Shown one piece after another: positions 1-10,845 of a stretch of DNA of 64,000 bases. The notes beneath the pieces are model-generated. The model was not told the DNA's origin and searched no databases. It saw nothing but the letters and a program-made list of their open reading frames with translations. The position numbers and the translations under genes are program-made. Position 1 is the first letter of the stretch, and the number at the start of each line of letters is the position of its first letter. The stretch covers positions 503,630-567,629 of the forward strand of contig CAWAIK010000003.1 of the NCBI GenBank assembly GCA_963782115.1. The letters run 5' to 3'. The DNA comes from an uncultured Verrucomicrobiae bacterium (GTDB taxonomy: Bacteria > Verrucomicrobiota > Verrucomicrobiia > Chthoniobacterales > JAFAMB01).

Positions 1-198
1 AAAATAGAAACTGAAGACCTGGTAAAGGAAAGACTGCCTCTTACTAAATGGGAGCTAACTCCAAAAGAAAAAGAGGATTTTGATAGGGTTATGCGGCTCA
101 TTTTTGATGCCGCTAGCATTCTGCGCTACGATCTAGAATTAGGAGAAGATGCTATCGGGAAAACCCTTAAAGAGTTAGCCGATTGGGCAACAAATTGA
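1..198 (+). CDS. 3' end of a hypothetical protein running in from the window edge
   Basis: Frame 1 is open from base 1 to TGA at 196-198; no motif recognised. Confidence 0.4.
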   Translation, partial: KIETEDLVKERLPLTKWELTPKEKEDFDRVMRLIFDAASILRYDLELGEDAIGKTLKELADWATN

Positions 199-228
199 CT
201 AACACCGGCGCTCTGCCGTCGGCATGTT

Positions 229-435
229 GTGTCCGATGGGATCAACCTAATGGTTGGGACCGGCGTTGCCGGCGGGTTGTCGACGTTTTCGAGTTTTGCT
301 TACGGGACGGTCGTGTTAATGTCAGGTTCGGCGGCAAGCGTAGTAGTTGCCTCCGCCTACGTCTTAAGCAGCTTGTTCCTAGGCTACGTCGCCGTAGTTT
401 GCGGCCAACAGGTTGCGAGGCGATCGTTCCGTTGA
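229..435 (+). pseudogene. crcB: CrcB/Fluc fluoride exporter, C-terminal fragment
   Basis: GTGVAGGLSTFSSF motif followed by a TM helix; N-terminal half absent. Confidence 0.65.
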
Positions 436-439
436 GTCG

Positions 440-760
440 GATTGTCGGATCACAGGGTTGCAGGTTCGAGGCCTGGTCTTCGGTCTTCAGGCGGTTTCCA
501 CCCTTCCAAAGTCCGCGAACACGAACGGGTAACCGTCTTTCATCTGGATATTTGTAGGGAATCTTTCCGCCCAACACTTTGCGCCATTCATAGAAACCAT
601 CGACTGGAATCAGGCCTCGGCGTTTCTTGAAAGCCTCCCGGTACGATGGTGCGGTGTCGACGGTTTCAACCCGGGCGTTTATGGTCTTGTACGCAATCTT
701 TTCATTCCTTCGACCATGATGGAATGAGACCCCATTTGAGAGCGTCGGCCGCACAAATCG
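440..760 (-). pseudogene. SRAP (SOS response-associated peptidase) fragment
   Basis: TINARVETVDTAPSYREAFKKRRGLIPVDGFYEW; lacks the N-terminal catalytic Cys and degenerates downstream; boundaries approximate. Confidence 0.75.
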
Positions 761-872
761 TCCCGGAACTGGCGATTTTAGCTATCCAAGAACGTCGCTG
801 TTGGTGCAATGAACTAACCACTCTACGTCCACCCGCCAACTGAACAGGCGGGGACGCCTGCTCCTTGGCGTC

Positions 873-1205
873 TCAGTCCTTTGTCCCCGCCTCCGTCAGC
901 GTCCGTGCAGCGATCGCCGACGCGGAGATTGCCGCAGGGAAGCCGGCATAAAACGCAACATGCGTAATGAGCGCCGCCAGTTCGTCGCGAGTTACGCCAT
1001 TGTCGCACGCTCGCCGCAAGTGGGCAGGTAACTGCTCCGGCCGATAGAGTGCGACCAGCGCGGCGACCGTGGCAATGCTCCGATCGCGCGGGCTCAACGC
1101 CGGATCGGCCCACACGTCGCTGAAAAGCGGGTTATCGACGAGTGCGGTGAGTTGGGGGGTGAAGGCATGGGCCATTTCCCGTGGCGATGGCTCTGGCTTG
1201 CTCAT
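873..1205 (-). CDS. carboxymuconolactone decarboxylase family protein
   Basis: LFSDVWADPALSPRDRSIATVAAL...HLRRA...FYAGFP. Confidence 0.85.
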   Translation of the reverse strand: MSKPEPSPREMAHAFTPQLTALVDNPLFSDVWADPALSPRDRSIATVAALVALYRPEQLPAHLRRACDNGVTRDELAALITHVAFYAGFPAAISASAIAARTLTEAGTKD

Positions 1206-1553
1206 CGTAGGACATCGCACATTATAAATGAATAGGAGAGCCCCGGTTTTTAACGTCCTTCCGGCGGGTCAAACACTTGCTCATGAGACGCAAAGAAACT
1301 CTTCAACGAAGCGATCGCAGAGTTGATTGCCAATGGGGATCTCTGGGAACTTCACGATGCTCTGGTTTCACAACGCCCACTTTGTTCCCGTGGCCGGGTC
1401 GGTAAGGAACGGTCTAGCCGGAGGCTACGGAGCAATGGGCGTCTGGCCAATCAGGAACTCGTTTGCAGAAGTCTGGGCCTGGTTGGAATGTCACGCATTC
1501 CTGCTTCTTGACCACGAATCCGCCACGCAGCTAAAAATAAACCGAGGTTGCTT

Positions 1554-2531
1554 ATGCCAATCATGAAGGCGGTAGTCATTCACGAACCTGGGGGGCCGGA
1601 GGTCCTGAAGGTCGAGAGCATTCCGATCCCCACACCACTTGCGGGGCAAGTATTGATTCGGGTTAAGGCCTTTGGGATCAACCGCTCAGAAATGTTCACT
1701 CGGCAGGGCCACTCGCCTGGAGTGAGATTCCCGCGAGTGCTTGGGATTGAGGCGGTTGGCTTGGTAGAAGAGGTTCCCGGAGATGAGTTTCGTAAAGGCG
1801 ATATAGTCGCAACTGCGATGGGAGGCATGGGTCGTGCCTTCGACGGAGGATACGCCGAATACGCGTGCGTCCCTGCCGCTCAGGTGCAGGCAATTCAAAC
1901 GAGACTCCCGTGGGAGATCCTGGGAGCGATACCAGAGATGTTGCAGACCGCCTGGGGCTCTCTCTTCAAGTCGCTTGGTTTAGCAGAAGGCGAACGGCTG
2001 CTGATCCGCGGCGGCACGACATCGGTCGGACTTGCTGCGGCGGCCATCGCGAAGAACCATCGGGCCTTCGTCGCAGCGACCACTCGCAATCCGGGCCACA
2101 CCGAACTGCTGCGTTCAACCGGTGTGGACGATGTCATCGTGGATGCCGGTTCCATCGCGGACGAGGTCCGGCGCAAATTTCCCGGAGGCGTCGACAAGGT
2201 GCTCGAGATGATCGGAACCGTGACGCTCGAGGACTCGTTGCAGTGCGCGAAGCAGGGCGGCATTGTGTGCATGACCGGGATTGTCGGAAACAAGTGGTCA
2301 TTCGATCAGTTCTCGCCCATGGAGGCCATTCCCACGGCAGTTTGCCTGACGGTGTACGCCGGCGACTCGGAGGACTTTATGCGGACGCCGCTCAATGAAC
2401 TGGCCAGGCAGATCGAGGCAGGCAGGCTTTGTGTTCAGATAGCAAAGACCTTTCATTTGGATGATATCGTGCTGGCTCATCGCCTGATGGAAGAAAACAA
2501 AGCCGGTGGAAAGATCGTTGTTCTCACCTGA
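1554..2531 (+). CDS. zinc-binding dehydrogenase family / NADPH:quinone oxidoreductase
   Basis: MKAVVIHEPGGPEVL, VLGIEAVG, RGGTTSVG, terminal GKIVV. Confidence 0.9.
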   Translation: MPIMKAVVIHEPGGPEVLKVESIPIPTPLAGQVLIRVKAFGINRSEMFTRQGHSPGVRFPRVLGIEAVGLVEEVPGDEFRKGDIVATAMGGMGRAFDGGYAEYACVPAAQVQAIQTRLPWEILGAIPEMLQTAWGSLFKSLGLAEGERLLIRGGTTSVGLAAAAIAKNHRAFVAATTRNPGHTELLRSTGVDDVIVDAGSIADEVRRKFPGGVDKVLEMIGTVTLEDSLQCAKQGGIVCMTGIVGNKWSFDQFSPMEAIPTAVCLTVYAGDSEDFMRTPLNELARQIEAGRLCVQIAKTFHLDDIVLAHRLMEENKAGGKIVVLT

Positions 2532-2562
2532 GCGTGCCTGCCGAGCCGAAACAAAATACCTC

Positions 2563-2769
2563 TTACCCCAGAGCTTCCTTGCTTTCGAAATGGTAGTAGA
2601 GCGCTCCCTTCGTGACGTTGGTGGCGGCCAGAATTGCATCTATTCCGGCACTCTGGAAGCCGTGTCTGTAAACTTCGCGAAAACCCGCTTGCAGCAAGCG
2701 TTCCCGCGTCCGCTCAGGATTGCGCAGCCTCGGCGCTCTACGTTTTGGATTCTGGCGTGCCACCAACAT
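2563..2769 (-). pseudogene. TetR-family regulator, HTH-only fragment
   Basis: RTRERLLQAG...TKGALYYHFESKEAL then a premature stop. Confidence 0.75.
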
Positions 2770-3107
2770 ACCAACCCTTATGTATGTTAGCTTTCACGGT
2801 GTCAAGAGAAGGATCATCATCCGGGTTTTTGTAGGCATTTGTCGCAAAACTCTCGGTTTTGGTAGATTCTCGCGTCAACCCACCCACCCCACCGCTTTGC
2901 ACCAATTCGCTAATCACGTCTGCCCGTTGACTGTGGTAGTAGCTTCATTCCCAATTTGACCATGCCCGTTGGTCAGTGCTCAAACTCATGAAGCCCATTG
3001 GTCATCCGAATGCTATTGCAGATTTCGTATGTCCGCGCAGAGGGTTGCTCGATCTTCGAAGGTGACTGATGCAGACAATTCAATAGATTCCGGAAGGAAG
3101 GCATAAC

Positions 3108-3365
3108 ATGCTGAACCTCAGTTTCCGTCGCCTCAGGGCACGATTTACGCTGCTGGCTGTAGTTGCTTTATCCGCGCTGCTGTTGCGTTCTGTGGCATTC
3201 GCTCAGACCTCAGTATCAAACGGCAGCATTTCTGGCACGGTGACTGACACCACCGGGGCAGTCGTTCCCAACGCCAAAGTCACCATAACCGGGCCCACTG
3301 GGCAAACCGTTCGCGCCAACACCAGCGACGCTGGAACGTATTCTTCCGGCGCTCTGATTCCGGGC
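3108..3365 (+). pseudogene. N-terminus of a TonB-dependent receptor (carboxypeptidase regulatory-like domain), truncated
   Basis: Signal peptide plus GSISGTVTDTTGAVVPNAKVTIT; cut off at ~3366 by an IS-like remnant. Confidence 0.7.
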
Positions 3366-3722
3366 TGTCCTCCGCAAAAAAATAGGATCCCACGATTTTG
3401 GCCAAAGCCGGAAGGGATTTGTGGCATGATTGCGATGCCATGCCTGCTGCCCGCATCTTCTTTCAGTTGATCGCTGACTTCGTCGTCTATCTCGGTCTAC
3501 TCATCCGGCCGAGAAAAGCGATCGCCGCTGAGAATCTCTTTCTACGTCGGCAGCTCGCACTGTACCAAGAGCGCAAAGTGGGCCCGCGGCGAATCGATCC
3601 CGCGTACGCGCATTACGTTGGCTCTGCTCTCAAGATTATTCAACTGGCGCGATGCGCTCATTGTGGTTCAACCGAAGACGTTGATTCGCTGGCATCGAGC
3701 CGGGTTTCGACTTTTGTGGTAC
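3366..3722 (+). mobile_element. remnant of an integrase-core (rve) transposase element: left end plus frameshifted N-terminus
   Basis: Begins TGTCCTCCGC; AAENLFLRRQLALYQER...IVVQPKTLIRWHRAGFRLLW read across a frameshift. Confidence 0.6.
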
Positions 3723-3781
3723 ATTGGACGACAACTTACGCGGGCCTGAATTGGGTGGCTCGAGTTTCGAGCCCTGCCCTG

Positions 3782-5113
3782 ATGACCAACGATTTGCCCG
3801 CTACCGCCTCCACCCCGCCAGAGACACCGGCTGAGGATGCCTTGCCTGTTCGACAACGTGCTACCGCCGCCGAAACGCGCCTGACTCCCGCTGAGTGGGG
3901 ACTGCTTTCCATCCTGACGTTGATGCAGTTCAGCGTCACCATCGACTTCATCATCATCGCGCCACTCGGTCCGCAGTTGATGCACGTGTTCGGGATCGAC
4001 ACCGCCCAGTTCGGCCGGACTGTGGCCGCCTATGCTTTCGGTGCGGGGCTCTCCAGCTTTTCGGCGGCGTTCTTTCTGGATCGTTTTGATCGCAAGCGCG
4101 TTCTGCTGGTGCTCTTCACCGGTTTCACGGTCGGTACGTTTTGCTGCGCGTTGGCACCAGGGTACCATGCGATGCTCGCGGCCCGATTCATGACGGGGGT
4201 CTTCGGAGGCGTTTGCGGCGGCGTGGTGCTGGCCATCGTGGGAGACGCTATCCCGGAGATTCGCCGCGCTACGGCGATGGGTACCGTGATGAGTGCCTTT
4301 GCCTTGGCGTCCGCGCTCGGGGTGCCCGCCGGGCTGTGGATGGCCGAGCGCGGCTGGCACTGGCCATTCTTGATCCTGGGGATCCTCTGCGCGGTGATCA
4401 TCCCCTTTGCCATCTGGCTATTGCCGCGCTCGGACAGTCATTTGCGTCAGGCGGCGAGTACCGAGTCCGCCGGTGAGCGGATGTGGGCGATCCTGGCGAA
4501 CGGCAAGCACCTACGTGCTTTCAGCCTGATGGCTGGGCTGACGACTGCCGGGTTCATGGTGGTGCCGTTTATCAGCACGTTCATGGTACGCAACGTCGGC
4601 ATGACCGAGTCGCAGCTCAAATACATCTTCCTCAGTGGAGGTCTCTGCACGCTGTTTTCCATGAACCTGATCGGCCGCCTCGCGGACATGTACGGACGCA
4701 TGCGGCTCTTCACGATCATGGCGATCCTTTCGTCGGGTGCCGTGTTATGGCTGACGCATCTCAGCTCAGAGCCGATCCTGCTCACTGTCGCGGTGACCAG
4801 CGTGTTCATGGTCACGATGACGGGGCGGTTCGTCCCGGCCATTGTGATGATCACTGGCAGCGTGGAAGCCCGGCATCGGGGCGGCTTCATGAGCCTGAAC
4901 TCCTGCGTGCAGCAGACGTTCTCGGGCCTCGGGACGAGCTTTGGCGGCTACCTGATCATCGACCAGGTGCGCCAGCCCTTGCAAAATTACGGACTGATCG
5001 GCTGGATCGCACCTGGGATCGCTATCGCCTGTATCGGATTGGCCGCCCGCCTACGTCGGCCACCTGCCTCGGCGTCTTCGCCTGATGCCGCGACTGCGGA
5101 AATCATGGGGTGA
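3782..5113 (+). CDS. MFS transporter (drug/H+ antiporter-like)
   Basis: About 12 hydrophobic segments; LDRFDRKR and GRLADMYGR motif-A loops; the longer called ORF from 3398 is a chimeric read-through. Confidence 0.88.
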   Translation: MTNDLPATASTPPETPAEDALPVRQRATAAETRLTPAEWGLLSILTLMQFSVTIDFIIIAPLGPQLMHVFGIDTAQFGRTVAAYAFGAGLSSFSAAFFLDRFDRKRVLLVLFTGFTVGTFCCALAPGYHAMLAARFMTGVFGGVCGGVVLAIVGDAIPEIRRATAMGTVMSAFALASALGVPAGLWMAERGWHWPFLILGILCAVIIPFAIWLLPRSDSHLRQAASTESAGERMWAILANGKHLRAFSLMAGLTTAGFMVVPFISTFMVRNVGMTESQLKYIFLSGGLCTLFSMNLIGRLADMYGRMRLFTIMAILSSGAVLWLTHLSSEPILLTVAVTSVFMVTMTGRFVPAIVMITGSVEARHRGGFMSLNSCVQQTFSGLGTSFGGYLIIDQVRQPLQNYGLIGWIAPGIAIACIGLAARLRRPPASASSPDAATAEIMG

Positions 5114-5289
5114 GTGACCACCCCACGGCGGGAGTTGATTCTTGCCGCGGCTTCTCTGTAGGCTGCCCTCATGTCAGCCCCGTTGCTCTCCCAACCCAAG
5201 CGCCTGCACCAGATGAACCGCTTGGAGGACGTGGGGCCCTTTCCCGGTGGTGGTTTAAATGGGAGCAACGACCAAGGTGACGGTCTCAT

Positions 5290-5535
5290 GCTGGCGATCC
5301 CGGCTTACGCCGTTGAGCTGTTTCGGTACCGGGGCACGGCTAAGGATGGCGGAACGCTTGAATACATCTTTGAAACCGATCGACTAGACCTTCGGGCGAC
5401 TGAAAGGGACCCAAGCCGTGAGGGCCAAAGAAAACTAGGCACGTATCGAATTGGCCAAGCGCCTCTTCAATTGCGGGCTGCCAAGACTCGCCGGGGATCA
5501 GATTCCAGTCGTCCAACCAGCAGGCTAGACCTGAG
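5290..5535 (-). pseudogene. TIR-domain fragment
   Basis: GLACWLDDWNLIPGESWQPAIEEALGQFDTCLVFFGPHGLGP; boundaries approximate. Confidence 0.6.
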
Positions 5536-5544
5536 CACCAAGAT

Positions 5545-5725
5545 CGGTATGCGGAGGCCGAGTCTCTTTTTAAACGAGCGCTGGAAATCCGGGAGAAGGC
5601 TTTTGGACCAGAACACCCGGACATAGCATGAGTCTCAACAGCTTGGGTGCGCTTCGTGCGCGCCAAAGCCGATTTGCAGAGGCAGAGTCCTTATTTAACT
5701 GGGCGCTGGCATGGATCGAAAGATT
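5545..5725 (+). pseudogene. tetratricopeptide-repeat fragment
   Basis: YAEAESLFKRALEIREKAFGPEHPD then a stop, and a second FAEAESLF repeat. Confidence 0.6.
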
Positions 5726-5741
5726 TTGTTCGATATTTTGG

Positions 5742-7303
5742 GGCACTCCGCTGTCTTCTGTGGATAGCTTAATTGGGTAGGTTTAGCCACGTATAGCGCT
5801 ACGCTACGCCTGTTCAAGGTCGAATCCGGCATAAACGGCCTCCTCCCCACTTCGTGGGTCCCCTCCATTTATTCCGTTTCTCGCTTGAGCAGGCTTCGCT
5901 CCGCGCTGGGAAGGTTACTGCCTTTTGCGTTCGATAGCCCTTAGCTCGTTCCTCGCTACGGTCTCTCAAGCGCAAAAACTGTTGGTACTTTGTTCGGGGA
6001 GCAAAACAGGGGGTGGATTTGCATTTTGAGTGACCGTGGACTCAATAAGAAGGATGACACCGGAGGAACTTTTTACCGCAGCACTGGGATTGGGTCGCCA
6101 ATGGCGAGTAGCCCAATGCCGCTTTGAGGGAGAACCGAAACGCTTGGAATTGCGACTCGAGCACGTGCCCGGGGAACATTTCGAGTGTCCGGTCTGCAAA
6201 GACTTGTGTGGAATTCACGACACGATCGAACGGCGCTGGCGGCATATGGACTTTTTCCAATATCGCTGCGAACTGGTGGCTAGAGTGCCACGCACTTGGT
6301 GTCGCAAGGACGGGGTCCATCAGGTGCAGGTGCCCTGGGCCCGAGAAGGCAGCGGTTTCACCCTGATGATGGAAGCGCTCATGATGCTGCTCAGCGCGGA
6401 GATGCCCGTCGATGCGATGGCCGATTTGCTCGATGAGCACGATACCCGTCTGTGGCGAGTGTTGATGCACTATGTGGAGCAAGCACACGCCAAGAGCGAC
6501 TGGAGGGCCGTCCGACGGATTGCCGTCGATGAGACCAGTGCCCGGCGCGGGCACCGCTACGTGACCAATGTGCTGGATGCCGAGAACTCACGTTTGCTCC
6601 TCATGGTCGAGGGACGCAGCGCAGAGGCCCTCGCGGCCTTTGCCACGGCGCTGGTCGAGCACGGTGGCGATCCCTCCCAGATCGAGGCGATTGCCATGGA
6701 TATGAGCCCTGCCTATGTGAAGGGAGCTACGGAATATTTTCCTGGTGCCAGGATCGTCTTCGACAAGTTCCACGTCATGGTACTGGCCGGCGCAGCATTT
6801 GATAAGGTGCGCTACGAGCTTCAGCGCGAGGGAGCCGATCTCAAAGGAGCGATGTGGAGCTTGCGCGGCAACACTTGGAACCTCAGTGAGGATCGTCAAG
6901 AGCAACGTAAAAATCTCTGTCGTCAGTATACCAAACTTGGCCGTGCGATGAGTCTGCGTGAGACTCTCCAAGCCATTTACGCAAACTCTGACCGCCAGGT
7001 GGCCGAAGCTGAACTTCACTGGTGGTGTGGCTGGGCCGCGCGCAGTCGCCTCAGCCCCTTCCGCGATTTAGCCAAGACCGTTCGCAAGCATTGGGAAGGG
7101 ATCCTAGCCTACTTCGACACCCGACTGACTTCCGCAGCCATCGAGGCCGTAAACGGCGTCATCCAACTAGCCAAACGAATGGCGCGCGGGTTTAGAAACT
7201 TCGTCTACTTCAGAACCGCCGCCTATCACCGAGCCGGTAAGCTCAATTTGGCTGTCCCAACTATGACTTAATTCGAACTATCCACAGAAAACAGCGAAGG
7301 AGC
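5742..7303 (+). mobile_element. complete ISL3-family insertion sequence (1562 bp)
   Basis: 26-bp imperfect TIRs GGCACTCCGCTGTCTTCTGTGGATAG / GCTCCTTCGCTGTTTTCTGTGGATAG; 8-bp TSD TATTTTGG at 5734-5741 and 7304-7311. Confidence 0.92.
6030..7271 (+). CDS. ISL3-family transposase
   Basis: CPVC zinc finger, IAVDET, AMDMSPAY, VFDKFHV, EAVNGVIQLAKRMARGFRN. Confidence 0.95.
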   Translation: MTVDSIRRMTPEELFTAALGLGRQWRVAQCRFEGEPKRLELRLEHVPGEHFECPVCKDLCGIHDTIERRWRHMDFFQYRCELVARVPRTWCRKDGVHQVQVPWAREGSGFTLMMEALMMLLSAEMPVDAMADLLDEHDTRLWRVLMHYVEQAHAKSDWRAVRRIAVDETSARRGHRYVTNVLDAENSRLLLMVEGRSAEALAAFATALVEHGGDPSQIEAIAMDMSPAYVKGATEYFPGARIVFDKFHVMVLAGAAFDKVRYELQREGADLKGAMWSLRGNTWNLSEDRQEQRKNLCRQYTKLGRAMSLRETLQAIYANSDRQVAEAELHWWCGWAARSRLSPFRDLAKTVRKHWEGILAYFDTRLTSAAIEAVNGVIQLAKRMARGFRNFVYFRTAAYHRAGKLNLAVPTMT

Positions 7304-7530
7304 TATTTTGGCATCCCGAGTCTTTTAACCCTTCTCCAGCTTCACCCCATCCGCGCTCGAACTTGGCCAAGGCGACAAACTTAGGTCAGTAGTCGCCCTA
7401 CCAATTAGCACCGGCGGCCTTCACGAAATAAAAATCATCTGATAGATTTTCGCTGACGGCAAGGCTTTGCCGTGGTGCCATCTGCCTTCGCACTTGACGC
7501 GGGCCAAGTCCCCGATCGTAGAGTACGGCC

Positions 7531-8406
7531 ATGTTTGTGATACTAGGAGCGAGCGGTAAGGTCGGGCGGACGACGATCAAACAACTCCGCTCTCAAGGAG
7601 CACCTGTCAGGGCCGTGGTGCGTCAGAGTTCCAACGCTGACGACCTTAGTGCGTCGGGATGCGAGATCGCGGTAGCGGATCTGAACGAGACGGCAGCCAT
7701 AAAGATCGCAATTAGGGGTGCGGATGCGGTTCAAGTCATTTGCCCAGTCCAAGCGCAGGCGGAGGATGCGGCCGGAGCGATGGGAAAGACGATCGATGCG
7801 ATTGCCAGCGCTCTCACTGAGATTCGGCCGGCCAAAGTGTTGGCGATCTCGGACTATGGTGCTCAGGTGAGCGATGGAACCGGGATCACTATGATCTTTC
7901 ATTACTTGGAAGAACAGTTTCGCCGGTTGCCAAGCACGGTCACGTTTCTCCGCTCGGCTGAGCATATGCAGAATTGGGCCAGGGTGATCAAAGTGGCTTC
8001 TGAGACCGGTGCGTTGCCAAGCTTGCACCATCCGGTTAGCAAACGGTTTCCTACCGTCTCAGCCCAGGATGTTGGCCGTATCGCAGCACAACTTTTGACG
8101 GATGGGGTGACGGTTTCGGCGCCGCGAGTTGTGCACGCTGAAGGACCGCGTCGTTATGATTCTAATGAAGTGGCGGCAACCCTGGGCAATATTTTTGGGC
8201 GGGAGGTTGTCGCTCGCGAACTTCCTCAATCAGATTGGATCCCGATGTTGACTCGAGCGGGTGCTGGCCCAAGTTACGCGAGATTGGTTTTCGATCTTTA
8301 TGTGGCGCATAACGCCGGGCGCATCGATGTCGAGCCGGGAGCTACTGATATCCGGTTTGGGACAACGGAATTGAGGGATGTATTTACTTCTTTGTTAGGG
8401 CGGTGA
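7531..8406 (+). CDS. NmrA-family NAD(P)-binding protein
   Basis: ILGASGKVG Rossmann motif, VRAVVR, PTVSAQDVG. Confidence 0.85.
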   Translation: MFVILGASGKVGRTTIKQLRSQGAPVRAVVRQSSNADDLSASGCEIAVADLNETAAIKIAIRGADAVQVICPVQAQAEDAAGAMGKTIDAIASALTEIRPAKVLAISDYGAQVSDGTGITMIFHYLEEQFRRLPSTVTFLRSAEHMQNWARVIKVASETGALPSLHHPVSKRFPTVSAQDVGRIAAQLLTDGVTVSAPRVVHAEGPRRYDSNEVAATLGNIFGREVVARELPQSDWIPMLTRAGAGPSYARLVFDLYVAHNAGRIDVEPGATDIRFGTTELRDVFTSLLGR

Positions 8407-9384
8407 TGACAGCGAGGATTACCGGTTGTTGCTGAAACAGAGGATCACAAAGAATCCGGTACGTGTTGCCACGCCCCACACCGGCCTGTCGGTGGAGATA
8501 GCATGTTTCAAGCGCAGAAGTAAGCGCATTCGGAATTCGGACACGCAACTCCCCTCCCCCACTGTGAAAGGAGCGTCCTGTCAGCTTATGTTAAGCCATG
8601 CTACACGCAGACGTCTCTTGCATCATTTTCAGGCAGTATCGCACAGCGTCGGGTCGAGGGCTCTCCTTTTTGCACACCCGGGGCGAACAGAAATAGTATA
8701 TCCGCCGGTTAAGTTCTGGCGTAACGAGGGGTTTTGGGAGATCGTTTCCGTCGATCAGCGCGGCACACCCACAATCCAGGCGTCGCAAGGCCTGCAACAA
8801 ACGCCCGGGGAGTAAATCAATGCAAACAGGCAGGGGTAGTCTATCTGCAAGCGGCGTGCCAGCGTTTGTCGCCCCCAGAGCAGGCCGGGCGGAATTGGCG
8901 CAAGAGAATGGTGCGTGCTCAAAAGCGCATTAAACTGGGATTTTTATCTCCGTGGAAAGGTAGGACCACCAATACATATAAAAACTTTGTACGTAGAGCT
9001 GCCACAAAAGATCACACTTTTGCTTCCGCCCAGTTCCACTGGTTTCTACTCCGATGGAAATTCTCCCGGGTAAAACCCTGGAAAATAGCGGAAAACAGAA
9101 CCCTAAAATGGGGTTCAAGTCCCCCACCGAGCAGAGGAGGAAATCTAGCCGGCCACAAGAGACCACACCTTCAATCGATTTCCCTACCGATGGCATTTAA
9201 CGTTGCGGATTGGGACCGTAAAAAAGTCGACGAACTTTATCTGGGTTGACGGCCCGGCGCGTCCGATGAGAATTGGAGCAGCGAAAGAACCTACTGAAAC
9301 AATGGCAAGTTCGAAGTCCGATATCGCCGCGGAAGGCGTGCACAAAGGCGGACCCCTTTGACCAGTCATAAAAGGAGTTATGTG

Positions 9385-9940
9385 CACTTAAGCAGCCGCG
9401 CCCCCACGCGTCGCTCCGACACATTGGCGGCTTCGACCCGCCGGGCCACCACCATCCCCAGGGTGTCCACGAGCAGGTGGCGTTTGCGCCCTTTGACCCG
9501 TTTGTGCCCATCGAAACCGCGGGCGCCTCCGCGCTCGGTGGTCTTGACCGACTGACTATCCAGGATGACCAGCGAGGGGCAGGTCAAGCGGCCGCGGCTC
9601 AGGCGCGCCTGCTCACGAAGCGCCCGTTGCAGCTCGGCCAAAACGCCCGCATCTTTCCAGGCACGGAAGTAATGGTAAACGGTGCCCGGGCGCGGGAACT
9701 CGCGGGGTAGCAGGCGCCACTGGCAACCGGTTCGCAGCAGGTAAAAGATCGCGTTAAGGACGGCGCGCAGGTCGGTCGTGCGTGGCCGCCCACCCAACCG
9801 GACGACCGGCAGGTACGGGGCGATCCAGGCCCAGACGGCGTCGTTGAGATCGGAGTCGTAGCATCGGGTGCTCATGGCTCCGTAATCGCGCAGATGAGCC
9901 CTGCTTCGCAAGGGGAGGGTCAAACTTCTCAAACACCCTC
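9385..9940 (-). mobile_element. truncated IS5-family element (left end and N-terminal transposase)
   Basis: End GAGGGTGTTTGAGAAGT at 9940; YDSDLND..W, GCQWRLLPREFP, LDSQSVKT, GRKRHLLVDTLG; C-terminus missing. Confidence 0.88.
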
Positions 9941-10151
9941 TGAGGCATGCAGGCTAGCTCGATCGAGTCAATAAGAACCGTTCTTGCGAATTATAGAACA
10001 AGCCTTAGTTCGGTGCTAGCGTGCCTGAGAACTTCAATACTAACAGTACAGCGAACGACTTACGCGGAATTAGTTGGAGCGACTACTCCCAATCAACACG
10101 TAGTTAGCCTAGTCGTGATTGCGGTATTACAATGCAGTGAACAGAAACGTT

Positions 10152-10451
10152 ATGAAAAGACTCCTGATTTCGATTTGCGCCAGTTTTACAATGACCGCCG
10201 GTGTTGCTCTGGCTCAGGAGTTTACGAGCACCCGGCACGTCGTTCCCCAGACGGAGCCGGCGCGGCCGCCTGTCGAACAGAATTCGAATTCCTCCTGGTT
10301 CATAAAGTTTATGGCGGCTCCAAACAAATTGCAGCTAGTGAACCCGCTGGCGCCTCGACAATATGGCAGCGGCGCGCAAGTCGTGGTTGCGGACCCTGAA
10401 GACTCACAGGAGAGGCCCTATGCCGTGCGATTGTTCTCCATCGCATTTTGA
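10152..10451 (+). CDS. small secreted hypothetical protein
   Basis: Signal peptide MKRLLISIC...ALA|QE; C-terminal Phe. Confidence 0.6.
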   Translation: MKRLLISICASFTMTAGVALAQEFTSTRHVVPQTEPARPPVEQNSNSSWFIKFMAAPNKLQLVNPLAPRQYGSGAQVVVADPEDSQERPYAVRLFSIAF

Positions 10452-10530
10452 CGTAAGGTCGCATTACAACATTTCGTATATCGCTATTATAAGTACAGAC
10501 CTACTCGTGGCCTTCAATCATTCCCACTTT

Positions 10531-10842
10531 ATGTACCCGCGGAAGACAGTTGGCGCGGATGCCATTTACGACGAACTGCCTCCTGGCGATGTGATTAAAT
10601 CCCTTCACCTGGAACGTGCTGCAATAAATCAGGACGAATTTTCGCGAGCGGAGTGGTTTTGGAATCGGCGACCGAAGGTTCTATGCGAAACTTTGACTTT
10701 TTATTTCTGCTACATAGTCGTCTTTTGTTGTCTTTTCTATCTTGTTCCGAAAAATGTCCCGTTAGTCCTTCTCTGGTTTGTTGCAGGGGTGGGTTGCGCT
10801 TTTGTAGATTGTGTTCGTATTGACCGGTGGAGAAATGAATAA
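10531..10842 (+). CDS. hypothetical two-TM membrane protein
   Basis: Two C-terminal hydrophobic segments. Confidence 0.4.
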   Translation: MYPRKTVGADAIYDELPPGDVIKSLHLERAAINQDEFSRAEWFWNRRPKVLCETLTFYFCYIVVFCCLFYLVPKNVPLVLLWFVAGVGCAFVDCVRIDRWRNE

Positions 10843-10845
10843 CAG

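Noticed and set aside
3398..5113. 571-aa ORF as an integrase-MFS fusion protein
   Set aside because: Chance read-through from a frameshifted transposase remnant into an MFS gene that has its own ATG at 3782.
8426..9380. Several overlapping 60-170 aa ORFs
   Set aside because: No recognisable motifs, RBS or consistent frame; probably degraded sequence.
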